A stretch of 64,000 bases of DNA, taken from contig OZ037770.1 in the NCBI GenBank assembly GCA_964035545.1, forward strand, positions 7,508,973 to 7,572,972. Direction: 5' to 3'. This document shows, piece by piece, positions 50,237 through 64,000 of this stretch (the first letter of the stretch is position 1; every line of letters begins with the position of its first letter). Source of the DNA: Bugula neritina (taxonomy: Eukaryota > Animalia > Bryozoa). The translations under genes were made by a program, and so were the position numbers. Below the pieces are notes generated by a model that ran no database searches, was not told where the DNA came from, and worked only from the letters and a program-made list of their open reading frames with translations.

Positions 50237-53200
50237 TAGAATATAGTTATTCAACATATTACATACATAATGAGGATTACTTAACTGCACACTATAATCT
50301 ATTGTGAGCACCCTATAGCACCCTATGCAAATAATTAAAGTATATTCCAATAAGAACTGCTTCAGTGCGCAGTGGCACAAAGAAAGGTGACCTATGAGTG
50401 ACCTGCACTCAGTTACTTCACACTTCATCAGTCTTGGTCTTCTGCACTTCCACGACACAGTGTGTGCTTACAAGTCCCATGCTGTGGAATGTCATCATAT
50501 TTTTCCAATAATTCCACTGAGTGTATTTCAACAATGTGACAATCCAACTTACATTTTACTTTACAAGCTACGAAGCATGTCAGTAGCAGCTGTGTAAACT
50601 GTAGATGATTTAATGTTATATCACAGCTATATTGTATTGGGTTACAATATCAAAATGTACATCAAATAAGTTCATCATAATTTTTATTGCTATTAATGGT
50701 TTAAATAACATTCTGCATCTTAAAGATTTAATTGAGTTTTATATTTTGACACCTTGAAGCTGATGAGATTACAGGCAGAGAGCCTTCAGAGGTATCCCAA
50801 GTTCTGATTTGTATATCTGGAAGAGTCTTTTAGTTGGATAGTTTACACCAAGAAACTGACAACCCGTTATTCTTGTATATGCAGATAATAGAGCTTTGGT
50901 CAACTGCTAGAATACATTAATATGCAAGATGGACAACATTAGGCTTTGAAAGCAGGGGATTGTCTTTTTCAATAACAAAGTTTTGATTTCGTCTCAATTT
51001 TCACAATAGGAATCTTTTCTTTATTCCTTTGCCAATAACCAACTCCAAAATACAATGCAGGAATAAAATACAATTAGCCATATATAAGGACTGATTTAAA
51101 ATGAACTATAATCATTAATAAAGTTAACTTGTGCTGTTTGCTGCGATTTCTGACCACAGAGCTCTAGGATTAAATTTATGTTCTGGATGAGAGACTTCAG
51201 CTATTTGATGCTGAGCTATATTTTAGACCTAAAAGTCAACTATGCTGCATAGTGGTGACTTCTAAACAAGTCATTTTGCTACTTGTGCAACTTCTTGTCA
51301 TACAATTTGTAATTTGATGCATTATTGTAAAACACTTCGCCTCAGGTATCACTGCTGGCATCCGAGAGGCACTAATAAAATCATGTTGTCAGAAAAATAC
51401 AATTTAATATTTTTAATTTATGGTGAGGTGTATTTTTCATATGCAACAAGTCATAGTAGAGCTGGTTACATCTGGTTAGCATGGTTATTGCTTGCTACTT
51501 TCTCAACACTATATTAAAAGTACACTACATAGAATGGCTAAGTTTTATGCAATAATTAGCAATGTCGGCCAGTATAGAGATTTATCAGGGCTTATACAGT
51601 TGAGTTATTTTGTTTCATTTAAGAAAACAATATAGAACTGTATATACTTTACAAGACTAACTTCATATGCACATGGATAGTAAAATAGGAATGAGCTTTT
51701 TGCAAATTCTTCTGATCAGTCATGCAATTAGAAAATATTCAATATCTGACACCCTGCATGAAAACCTACTTTGATCAGCCTAATTAATAAATAACTGCTC
51801 AAGACTTTGATAAACCACTCATTTTCTACCAACTTTTAAAATCAATGTGCTAATAGTAGTTATATAAGGATAATGTCCTATATAGGTAGTAGTTATAATG
51901 GCAGGATAACAAGCAATAAATTACCATCTTTGGATTACAATTGATCTACAGCAAGTAGCTTTTATTATTACATTGTAATATTCATTTTAAAAAATACAAT
52001 TTTGAAACAACAATATATATTACATTGTAATTATAAGCTAAAGCTGCTATGTTTTCTATTATATGTGAAAGTTTAATCAAAATATATTTTCAAATGTACA
52101 AGTTTATATTCACAGTTTTTTCTTAACTAAATGGAATTCATTATAGCAGTAAAGCAGCAATAAAGAGATAGTAGGTTATATATAGAAATGAATTATGGAG
52201 TAAAATAGCTGTTTTTTATATTCACAACAACTATTTAAACTAATACAAGAACTAGTATTAAACACTCCATAAGTAATAAACATCAGCTGCTATAATTGTA
52301 TAAGTTCAACCTTTGGAAATTTCAATTATGTTTTTATGGTTTGGGATACAACAACTTTAATGGCTGTTTAACACTACACCTGAGAAGGCTATATAGTACA
52401 CTGCAAGCTAGGTACACCCAGTCTATGCTAAATATGGGAAGATTGAAATAACTTCAAAACTGTCTCTGAAGTTCTCATCTATCAAAAATTATATTCTGTA
52501 ACTGTGCTTATACTCAAACTAAATTGGCCACCACACATGCACTACATTTGTACCATGTATGTATAGCTCCACTTTATTAAAAAGAATTGGCATAAAACTT
52601 GAACAAAAGATATTTCAAAACTAAATTCGAAATTTGTATGTGCATTTTTTTATTTCTGCTATAAAATATTACAACTATAGGTAATAAATAATAACCAAAT
52701 ATTGCCTGTCACATGTCATCACCTACTTGTACATAAATTTGATGTTATGATACCTGCTTTGGCAGCGCTGAGGTTATTTTACGTTTGATATTCCTCTTAC
52801 ATTCTTTGTTTGGTAAGGGAATAAATATTGCTCTTACATTCCTTGTTTGGCAAGGGAATAAATATTCTTACATTTTAAACTGCACATATGGATAGCTGTC
52901 AGAATATAGTTATTAGACCACGTAAGCTTGGTGTATACCAGTTTCCAATTTGGAAAGTTACTGGTTCAAGGCCAAATAGATATGGTGCTAGTAGTTTATT
53001 GATATAAGCAAGATTTGAATTTATATGCCAAGTAGGCCACATTTGGTTACTTGCATTTTAAAATTTTACAATTATAAAATTGAAAAAAGTAAAATATTAA
53101 TCTAATAAGCTGCATTAGTTTCTAGCTGTAAATTCGGTGGTTATTTACCAAACCTAAATTTATATAACAAACAAGACTGGTTAGTATTATATCAGCTGTT

Positions 53201-53794
53201 TGTGGTTTGTATCCAATTCTTGAAGGTTTTTTTAAAGGAAAGATTCTCAATCAATTATTAATTTTCTTACATTTTACTCAAGAAGCCACTTTTCAAAGCC
53301 CAACAAGGTGTTTCAATCTATTGTAATTCGTGTAGAGTCTGCAGATGCGTACGTAGCTTATTGCATCAGCAGCTGTCAGTGAGTGTCAACCAGTTGTGTG
53401 CTTATGGCACTAGTCCTGTGATTTTGGCACAATTTTAAAACCACTAATAAAAGTGCTTATCTTTGAAACTTGTAGTTTTGCCAAATAGCCAAGGTGCTTG
53501 CATTCTCTACTGAGATTGGTTATTAAATTATGTAACTATAAAATCTATCACTCTTGAAGTGCTTTAGAAATGGTTGAAAATAATGGAGTCACTATGCAGA
53601 GTTTTACATTTAGTTATGGTGGGGTTTGCCAGCTTCATTAAGCACAGTCAATATGTAAAGTCTAAGGCTGATAAGACCTGGAATGGTGGTTTTCCCTAAA
53701 TTTATATTAATTTTAAAAAACTCACGAAAGTTTGTAGTCACCATCCCTGTAAAAAAAACCAATAGAAGAGATTTCTTGTTAAATCAGGCTAAGA

Positions 53795-53932
53795 ACTTAC
53801 CCATATTTGGCACAGGAGCAACTATGACAGGATGCTCTTTCTAACATTTCCAATGGCCTGTGCTGAGGCTCGAACCCACGACATCCTGCTTATAACTAGG
53901 CCCACGCTCTAACCCCTAGACCACAGCTGCTC
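53795..53932 (-). mobile_element. tRNA-derived SINE 5' part
   Basis: The minus strand reads GTGGTCTAGGGGTTAGAGCG (A box) ... GGGTTCGAGCC (B box), followed by a non-tRNA body shared with 4612-4660. No intact cloverleaf. Confidence 0.7.
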
Positions 53933-56900
53933 TCTTAAATTTGTTTTAATTTAGCTGAACTTAAATTCTTAGCAAAGGCGAAGGTATAACAGTCATCTCA
54001 AGGGTAAATTTCCATGTATGATGAGAGTACATAGTATTAGCAGGTACTTGATTGTACTAGAATACTGACCTGCATTTGGCTGCCAGCTTCGAAGAAGCCT
54101 GATGAAAATAAATGCACTCTGGGCATTCTTTCATGTAGAAGCAGACCATTTGGCTACAGATAACACATCAAGTGATGGAAACTAATACAGCAAACTTTTT
54201 GTATATACATTATTATATGTAATTGAAAATATCTGCTTCTGCATGAATAATATTATAATGGTGCAAGTTTTAAGAGAAGCACTGTGGTTTTACTAGCATG
54301 TAAACTTTTGTCTAAGAGTTTTTTTTTCAATTTTTCTTCAAGACTTGACTTCTCACTTTTTATTGTTATAAACCTAACTTAGTTTTTATTAATTTGAGAG
54401 CAGTTTTAGAGCTGACGTTATCTGAGACAGAGTGGTTTATGATCAGCACCAACAGAGTCCCGACGAAAGAAGTGCTACTAGACTATATTCTGTCACTGTA
54501 CTGCACTTCACTGTAGCATCAAGTATCCTAGTATATAGCTACTCTCTTGCTGCAGCAGGCAATTTGCTTCTTTATCTAAGTCAGCACCTTCTGTCAGCCA
54601 GCTAAGGCCATCGGAGCTGTTTATGCAAAACATTACATGACGTCTATTTCTAATGCATAGAAAGAGGGAGGTAACTCCTGTAGACAGTACAGTACGTGGA
54701 GCCTAGGCAAGAAATGGAACTAATGTTTATTGCAACATCACAAGAATTTGGCTGATAACTCTAATAATATAATGTATTTCATTGACCAAACATTTATCAT
54801 GATTAATTGTTGGTGAAACCAAGTAGTTGGCATGCAGTGAGATGATACATACACCTGCCCACTGGTCGAGAATTATAATTATATTACTTTGTGTGTAGGC
54901 AGGTTTTTAAAAAGCAATCATGCAGTAAATCTTGAATCAAATTGTATAACTATTTAGTGAAATTCGGTAGATGACAGCTTCTCCCAGTGAAGTAGCTGCA
55001 GTAATGGAGAGAAAAACCTGTGTTCTAGGTTAGAAATGTAGCAAAAAAGCTATGCTCTGGAAAAAATTTCAATCACACCCCAAACCACAGAACCAAATAA
55101 ATTTGAAGAACTTGGGCTATCTCAATTTCTCGCCTCCTAAATGCTCCTAGCTGCAGCTTATGGGCTGTTTAGTGTAGAATATAGCCCTTTGATTCTGTCA
55201 CACCTAGTTGCACACCAATGCTTCCACACTAATAATAAATAATAATTAATGAAACTTATCAAATCCTAAGGCTACAAATGAATTGTTTGTGGTTTTAGTT
55301 GATGATTTTACTGGATGATTTGACCAATGACATCAAAAGATAGATTTGTGTGCGCCTGACATTCCATTAGCAATTCAGACCAGACAGTTTGAGCAAACTG
55401 GCAACGCGTGCTGGAGAGAAACACATCTAGGGATAACACTGGACTAGTAACTTCATATTTCACTCATTTCTCACTATCCAGGTACGCAATAGTTCCAACT
55501 CTTTTTGAACTAAAATACCTTACTGCATGTGTTGTGAAGTACAGGATGAATCTACAAGCACTAGCAGATATAATTCTGAACTCAGGTAGAGAGGTAGGAG
55601 CAATAGCAGAACAATTGATAAAATAATTTGCTCTAAATAAGAAGTATCACAAAAGAAATTATTTTCTTGCAAATTTGTTCATCAAAGTTGAACATCCCAA
55701 ACTAAAATTTGTAAAGACAGTTGAAAAACTTGGGTTGTTTAAATTATTGCACCGAATCGAGATAGTCTAGCTGGTTGGTTGGTTGTTTAGTGGTAGTTGG
55801 CTGGTGGTGTTGGGTAGTGCACCATAGATATATAACTCACAATACAAGTTTTACTTAAAATTACTGTAAGTAGCAACTATTTGTTACTTTAAGCCCAAAC
55901 TTAAATATAACATTATACTTTAAAAACTTGATTCAAAGAACCAACGTTATCAAATGTTTTGTAAACCTCAATATTCCCTTTCCAGGGAAAGGAAGGAAAA
56001 TGCCAACGAGCTGCAATAACATTTCATTTATCTGCAGCACAAAGCAACTGTTTAAGTGTTGAATTACAGGGCTTATAAAAAATGGGAAGCTGATATTTCT
56101 CTTTCAAACTAATTTAGGATGCGGCCATAATGAATCTTCAGTCTGTTGGGTAGTGTTACCATGAGTAGCCAAATTCCAGCAATCTCTATTTCTCATATAT
56201 TATTAGTAGTCAGTATTTGTGTACTGAGTAAAATATGTTTAAGCTCTCAAGTATACAGTAGGTAATAGCCATAGGAGAGTGTATACAGAGGTGAACATTT
56301 TCAGTTATTTAACTCAAATAGTTCAACCTGTGCCAGTGCCCATTAACCAGCCTGTGCTACTGACCATCTTTGTGATCTGTAATTGTTATTTTCCAGCAAC
56401 AGTTTCTGGGATACAAATCTATAGATATGTCAAGATGAACACTCCAATAATCTGTGTAAATGTAGTAATGTGTGATTGTCTATAGAAATTAAAACTGAGT
56501 GGCAGAGGTTGCTTGGAAATGTGTGCGTGTGTTTAGTTGGCTGTAATGCATGTATGTATAACCATGCATTCAGGATATAATTTAAAAAAATTGATTCATT
56601 GAAAATGATCAAGCAGCTGTAGAGTTTGAGCCATTCTTTGCCCTTAAACTTCAAGCATTTGCAGTCATCTGGCTATACTAGTCGTAGTTCTGTCTGGCTG
56701 TGGTGCGTCAAGCTATCATTACATAACACATGTACTCTTTTTCTCTGTAGTTTACAGCTCACACCCTTCTAATAGATAGTGTCTTCTTCTACAAAGCAGT
56801 ATGAATAAATTATCAGATAAAAATTAGACTACCTGTTTATTACATGTCTTGGTATTACATTCAGATTGATCTTCTATAAAGCCATAATTAATATCATGGC

Positions 56901-57225
56901 AATAATTCAGAGCAACTACTACGTATATGGCACTGTAGCCAATAAAGTTTATAAGCCAATGGTTATAGCACTATTACTCACTGATTAATGTCAGCATTAT
57001 ACTAATACCAACATTATCTATCTGCTAATACTACAATAACATCAACTAAAATAGTAAAATAAAAAATTAACTGTAATGTCCACAAAAGTTATTAATATTT
57101 CATTATACACCCCAAGCTTTGATCAGCTGTGGTCATCTGTACTTCCCTAACCTTGAGGAAAATATGGCTTAATCAGTTTTCAGCTGCATAGCTGACACTA
57201 TACAAATGTTGCCTTGACAAATATC

Positions 57226-57904
<679 letters not shown>

Positions 57905-58506
57905 ATATTTTGCTACAAGATTGGGGCATGCAAGGATTTAACTCTGGGTACAACATCGGAATTATTGCTTTGTTGAAGACTTAAGGAGCAGTAAACCTTT
58001 TGAAAGTAGGAACTTACAATTGAGTTGTCTCCCCTCCCCATAGCTTTTTTTGAAATTAGTATTTCTATGTCAGCATGAGAACCCAATCTAATTTTCTACC
58101 TGAGACTTAAATGGGCCTTCTATGGTTGATAGTGAGTATCATCACCTCATGTATGCTAGACTGTCTATAACTAACTATCCAAGGGCAATGTGTGAGACGG
58201 TGTGGCTATCTAAACAGATTCAACATGTTTCTCCCTCTTCTAAGATATGTTCAACTATAAATAGAAGTATTATATAAAAGTACTTCTATCTTATATTTGA
58301 CTTCCAAACTTGAGAAAAGTTGTTTGCAGTTGGTTTTGGCTCATTACTTTTCATAACATAAATTCAGTGTATAATTCAAAATTAGCAACCAATAAATATT
58401 CATGGTATTTTGTCATATAATAAAATGCTTCACAATAAGCTGAAGGCAACAAACTCCTTTTTTTGCATATTAGGCTATACAACATGTGTTGTAGGTTTGC
58501 CAGCTT

Positions 58507-58545
58507 TATATAAAGGTGTTATTTATTAGGGGAGGCATTTCAGTT
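58507..58545 (+). promoter_or_regulatory. TATA box + Inr of ABCG gene
   Basis: TATATAAA at 58507-58514 and a TCAGTT initiator at 58540-58545, ~33 nt downstream and 41 nt before the ATG at 58583. Confidence 0.55.
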
Positions 58546-58582
58546 CAGGAGAAGTTTTAGAGGTGACAAGAAGTGATTTAAG

Positions 58583-61500
58583 ATGTCAGACTATTATACT
58601 GAGTAAGTCAATATACTGCGGCTGCTTTAACTATACCTTCTGTACAAAGAATCTGCAATCTACGCGTTAGACAGTAACCAGTCATTAGGCTATAAATTAT
58701 CATTAACTATAAATATCTATCAATTTAGAGTTATACATTTTTTAGAAGATTTCATTTGTATTCACATAAATTAATTAAATATCTGCAGAAATTAAAAATT
58801 TTGACATATAAATTTGTAGGCATATTTGCAGTTTAACCTGAACTACCTGTTGCAGGTTAGAATTAAAAAACCAAACATAGAGATGATGATAGGCAAATCA
58901 TAGAAGATTATGTTTGTATTTAGTTCTAATTGCATGATGTAAAATATATTGATTTATAACATAAACAAGAGCCCTGATTTATAGAAATCCACAGCCTTTC
59001 AGAGGTCATCAGTTGACATTCAGTCACTTGAGTGTTCAAAGAGACAAGCGAGATATCCTAAAGGATGTCAGTGGTTCTGCCAATCCTGGAGAAATCTTGG
59101 CTGTCATGGGACCTTCTGGTAAGTATCTACTCTCAGGAATAAACATTGTATTAATAAAAAGAAATTGTCTTTTCTATTACTACTGATATTTGATTTTTAA
59201 TTTTGAGATTTATTTAAAATAAATAATAACTTTTTTATTAATAGTCCCTGTCTGAAAGATAATCTGTCATGTCATTGCCTGGTAAACAAAGGTTGTAAAA
59301 GGAATTATTAGGTAGAAATGCTAAGTATTGCACTCATGTATCAGGAAAACTATAATGCCTTTTGTATGAAGGTGAGCTAAATGCAAGGCTTATTCTGTTT
59401 AACTACATGGCAGAGGGAGGTGTTGGCCAGGTATAATAACCTGTTAAGTATTGCAGCCTGTAATCCTCTTTAAATGTGAAATAAACCGCCTTATGTGGTG
59501 AATTACTTGACTGCAGGTAATCCAAACCATCTTCTGTGTGCCAGACTCAACAAACCTTTAACCTTTTTTGTAAAAGATTTGTTCAGTTTGTTGAGTTTTC
59601 AACCTTTCACCCTTTTGTAATCAGTTTTATGATCAGTTATTTTGACTGTATGCAAACACTAAAAGCACAGTTAAAAAATTTTTTTTTTCCTGTTTTAAGC
59701 AATTATTGAATATTCAGGAATGTTGGAATGATGCCTATTACTTAAAAGTTATGTTGTTTTGTTACCTGCAAATAAAAGTTTTTTTATTATATCAGCTTGT
59801 CCTAGCTACTTGCCCTTAACGTTTTCTTTACAGCCCTAAAAGTATATGCCCACTAGAGATATTGTGATATAACCAAGTTACAGTGGAATACACCTGCAAA
59901 ATGAACTTGACCTTATTCCAGTATTCAACATTCAATTACAAACTCTATTTGAATATCTAACTTTAGAATGTAGGGATTTGCATAGTACATGCATGTGCTT
60001 TATTATGAAGCAAAACCTTTAAAACTTGACTGACAGATTGCCAGACTTAGAATACCTTATGTAGCCTGATCATAGGAAGTCAGATAGTGAATCACTTAAA
60101 AAGATTACTGTCATTAGATATGCATCTATCAATCAAAATATGTTTCATTTTGAGGTTTTCAAACTAAGAACTGATCCAAATATTTTTGATGAAAATGTTT
60201 AAACTTAATTTCTTTTTTAAAATAGCTGTACTCAATAAAAAACCTTTCATTTTTTTTCAAATTTTAAACAGTTTATAAATTGGCCATGGTTGCCATTATA
60301 TTGCTTTTAAATATTATGTAAGCTTCTATTCTGAATTTGTTATAAGAAGTTAAAAATAGATAATTTAAAATATATCCCAGTTTATACAAATAAATAACGA
60401 TTTAGATGATTTGCACCAAACTGCTGGAATCAGCAAACATTTCAATCCCTGCAGTGGAATTCAGGCCAATTAAGTACAAGTTTCACAGCCCTTAGGTTTT
60501 TATCAGGCTTTCCCATTTTGGTTTTCAATAATAATTTAATTTTTGGCATCTCTATGTTCTGTTTCCTTGGCTTAACTAAAAGATAAGTTGGCAAGGTTAG
60601 ACCTTAGGATATCGTGCTTTGAAACATGGTGCCTGCAATCACAATCTGTTGTACTTTTGATCTCTCAGCCATGAGTTGCCTGAGGTAATAATTACAGTTT
60701 GATAAGACTTATGATCATTGCGGTATAAACTTATTTTCTGTAGTTCTCCTCCGCAGTTCATATTATATTACATACATGTATATTGGTCTAATTATATTAG
60801 TCGATTTCTCTCTCCCAAGTTCTCTTGGTCAAAAAAGAAATTTTTTGGGCAATTTTTTTCGCAATGTTATTTCAGTCTAATATTTTTGAAGTCATGTATT
60901 CTCATGTACATGTAGAATGTTCCAACTAACATGCTGAAGCGTTTACTTCAACAACTTATTGCAGGCTCCGGGAAGACAACGCTACTAAGTGTGTTGGCTG
61001 GAAGACTCTCACCTGGTGCAGGAGAGGTCACCCTGGATGGCAGGTCACTAGACAAACAACTCAGGAGAAGAATATCTTTTGTGCTGCAAGAAGATGCTTA
61101 TCTGTGTAACTTGACTTGTTGGGAGACTCTGTGGGTGCGTGCCATCAACACCCCAAAACATTTTATATTGCAACCAACATTTTGGCTAAACTCTTAAGTC
61201 TATTAGCTAAAATTGTGTCAATATTCAAGTGCGATTTTGTAGAAAATGGTTTTAAAATCTGTTTACTAAGAAAGATAACTTATAAATCTCATGAAAACTT
61301 ATGTTGAAGAGATAATAAAAAATTTCTATTTGCAGTATACAGCGTTGCTTAGACTGCCTGGATCAACGCCCACCCATAAGAAGAAGAAGATAGTGTCAGA
61401 TGTAGTAGATGCGCTGGTCATGAGACAGTGTCTCAATACCAGTGAGTTGACTTCATTATAAACATAGAGTGTGCCAAGTTTACAGGTTGCAGTTACATGA

Positions 61501-63235
61501 TAGTAGTTTTAGTTAACTCGAGTTATTGAATGCACTCGACACACACTCACAGCACACTCTTAGTAACACACACACATATGCACACACGCACACACGCACA
61601 CACGCACACACGCACACACGCACACACGCACACACGCACACACGCACACACGCACACACGCACACACGCACACACCCAAGTTCTGTGGGTAGAGCCTCTG
61701 AACACCTCAGATATTTTGCAATGTAGAGAAGTTCTCAGCTAAATGTTGAAAGGTTGATGACTTATTATGCAGTTCCTAATCCTCACAGCATTACAGAAGG
61801 TAAAAACATTTATAAGATGCAGCAGTTTTATTGCCTTTACTTACTCTTCATCATATTAATTAATTTTAAATACCTTCGATAGACCATTATAGCTTTGTAG
61901 ACAACAGTTGCCATAACTGATTGATTTAAATGGCCTCATTTTTAATTTTTTATGAGTATCTTGAGATAACAACTCTTCTGTGATATTTTCTATTCATAGG
62001 AGACCTTTTCAGAATATCTCCTTTACTGCACTTAATGATTTGATGCATAGTCCCAGTGACGATTTCAGCTCTAAAAGCATAAAATGTCTTAATTGCAAAA
62101 AAGAGAAATAACTTTCAGGAAATAAAAAATCATAAAATTAATATTAAGGATATAATTAAGATAATATGATGTGGCAATAGCTGTATGCAGTATGATATGA
62201 TGCAGCAAAACCTTAAAAGATGATTTTGAGTAGATATGATATGACCAACAGAAGTAATTAAACCAAATAGTTACAGTTGCTATGTAAACCTCGGAGAGTG
62301 TCAGTCAGTCTTACATTTATAATATGGCTGGTGGTACAGTGTATACACGTACATATAGCTGGTGGTACAGTATATACACGTACATATAGCTGGTGGTACA
62401 GTATATACACGTACATGTGGCTGGTGGTAAAGTATATACACGTACATGTGGCTGGTGGTACAGTATATACACGTACATATAGCTGGTGGTACAGTATATA
62501 CACGTACATATAGCTGGTGGTACAGTATATACACGTACATATAGCTGGTGGTACAGTATATACACGTACATATAGCTGGTGGTACAGTATATACACGTAC
62601 ATATAGCTGGTGGTACAGTATATACACGTACATATGGTTTGTGGTACAGTATATACACACACTGCAGTTAGTTTCTGGGAGATGGTAAAGAGTAGCTGAA
62701 ATTCCAAGTATGAAATGTTGTCTGATTAGGAAATAAAACAGTCAAATACCATGTCTCCATACTAAACTAAATTTCATACATCAAAGTTAAGCAAACATTT
62801 AAACCTCAGCACCTACCAACCTTTAGGGTACATTCTTGCTCTTCCAGGATAGAGCTTAGGTTTCCTAAACTTTTACTGCTTCTGGTTTCCTACCGCATAA
62901 CAGTAACTGAGAGATTTGAAATAGTGTTTCATGAATTGATAAATAGCTGTGGTCTTTTACTACTGCTCAGTCACTCCTGACTGTTGCAACTCATCACTGC
63001 AGCTAGACCAACTCCTGACTTTAGCTAGACCAACTCATCACTGTAGCCATACCAGCTGGAGGGTTTAGCCAGTCCAACTGACAAGATCTCGTGTCTACTG
63101 CTTAGAAGTCTATGACAAAACTTGCGTTTTATAGAAATTGGTAATGAGTATATTAGAGGTATTTCTGGTGGAGAGAAAAGGAAGTTGTCTATAGCCTGTG
63201 AACTACTGACCAATCCTGTCCTCATGTTACTAGAC
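58583..63235 (+). CDS. ABCG (white-like) half-transporter, N-terminal nucleotide-binding domain; continues beyond the window
   Basis: Exons 58583-58602 (MSDYYTE, less certain), 58985-59118, 60965-61134, 61336-61441, 63135-63235. Motifs [18 protein letters not shown], Walker A GPSGSGKTT, FVLQED, signature [12 protein letters not shown], Walker B LMLLD. Confidence 0.92.
61567..61675. repeat. CA/CACG compound microsatellite
   Basis: CACACG/CACACACG repeats. Confidence 0.95.
62325..62657. repeat. 31-bp minisatellite
   Basis: GCTGGTGGTACAGTATATACACGTACATATA x ~10.5 in ABCG intron 4. Confidence 0.95.
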
Positions 63236-63841
63236 GTAAGTAAACCCACCCTTACCATATATAGCCTGTAAATTACTGACCAATCCTGCCCTCATGTTAA
63301 TAGACGCGACCCGTGAGTGTATATATATATATATATCAGTTCTTGTGCACCTATAGTCACTAGGTAGTAGATAAAGAAGGCTTTGTTGGGATACAATTTT
63401 AGAAATGTAGCAGAAAAATATGTTCAACTGCAAAATTTTGTATTTCAGTCAAGAGCTACTCGTTTTAAATATGTTTTCTCTTTCAAAAATAGCGTTTATT
63501 GAATTTTTGCTACTTTGACCAGCAGCATAAAATCAACAATAACAAATCAAATCGTTTTGGAAATGAACAAGTATTGCTCAAACTTCAACTTTTCATTCTG
63601 TGAGCAAATATTTAATGAACCCATAAAACTGTTTTTCCTTTTAAAGCTATTACTAGTAATAGTCACAGAAAGTTACACATTCCCATGAAACCAGTTTACT
63701 AATTTATTATCAAGAATATTTTGATAAAATCATAATACAGTCTCATCAACCACAACATTATATTTTCAGTAGGCATTCTTGAGTAACTCATTAAAAACAA
63801 AAAAAGTTGCTTAGCATAGCTTAAGGGAAGACTGCCGCTGC

Positions 63842-63875
63842 TGTGTGTGCATGGGTATGTGTGCATGCGCTCGAG

Positions 63876-63907
<32 letters not shown>

Positions 63908-64000
63908 TTTGTATATGTGTTCGTGTGTGCGCGCGTGCCCGCGTGTGTGTATGCATGTACCTGTGTGTGTGTGTGTGTACATGTATGTGTGTGTCCGTGT
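63842..64000. repeat. (GT)n/(GCGT)n microsatellite
   Basis: Direct reading. Confidence 0.9.

Noticed and set aside
53855-53932. Functional tRNA gene
   Set aside because: A and B boxes are present but the stems are degenerate, and it is fused to a repeat body found again at 4612; called a SINE instead.
50760-54110. Hammerhead ribozyme cores (CTGATGA at ~50760 and ~54099)
   Set aside because: No properly placed stem II + GAAA or flanking helices seen.
54971-55028. Alternative first coding exon for ABCG (MTASPSEVAAVMERKTCVL)
   Set aside because: It ends in phase 1, but the 58985 acceptor needs phase 2; 58583-58602 fits and has TATA/Inr.

Overview
AT-rich, intron-rich animal DNA, most likely a marine invertebrate (a lophotrochozoan such as a bryozoan is a guess from gene style only). 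Manual GT-AG splicing with consistent phases gives five genes: (1) + 3835..16184, 10-exon, 518-aa type I membrane receptor (signal peptide, SUEL/Gal-lectin-like domain, CUB-like domain, TM, Tyr/Pro-motif tail); (2) + 19135..26797, 8-exon, 334-aa orphan type I membrane protein; (3) - 34542..28422, 11-exon CSAD/GADL1-type PLP decarboxylase; (4) - 46462..39809, 7-exon secreted class-3 lipase with an N-terminal PSI-like Cys module; (5) + 58583..>63235, the 5' part of an ABCG half-transporter. Mobile DNA: a 2.9-kb fold-back element with ~890-bp inverted arms and an ISL2EU/Harbinger-type transposase relic, several MITEs, an RT-less RTE LINE with a 17-bp TSD carrying a nested solo LTR, and two copies of a tRNA-headed SINE. 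Introns are full of minisatellites. The most striking pattern is that five tandem duplications in three genes straddle real splice junctions, producing up to ~50 'echo' copies of a donor or acceptor. Young echoes keep GT/AG intact, while older diverged echoes have lost the GT. The long low-complexity ORFs in the supplied track are satellite artefacts.
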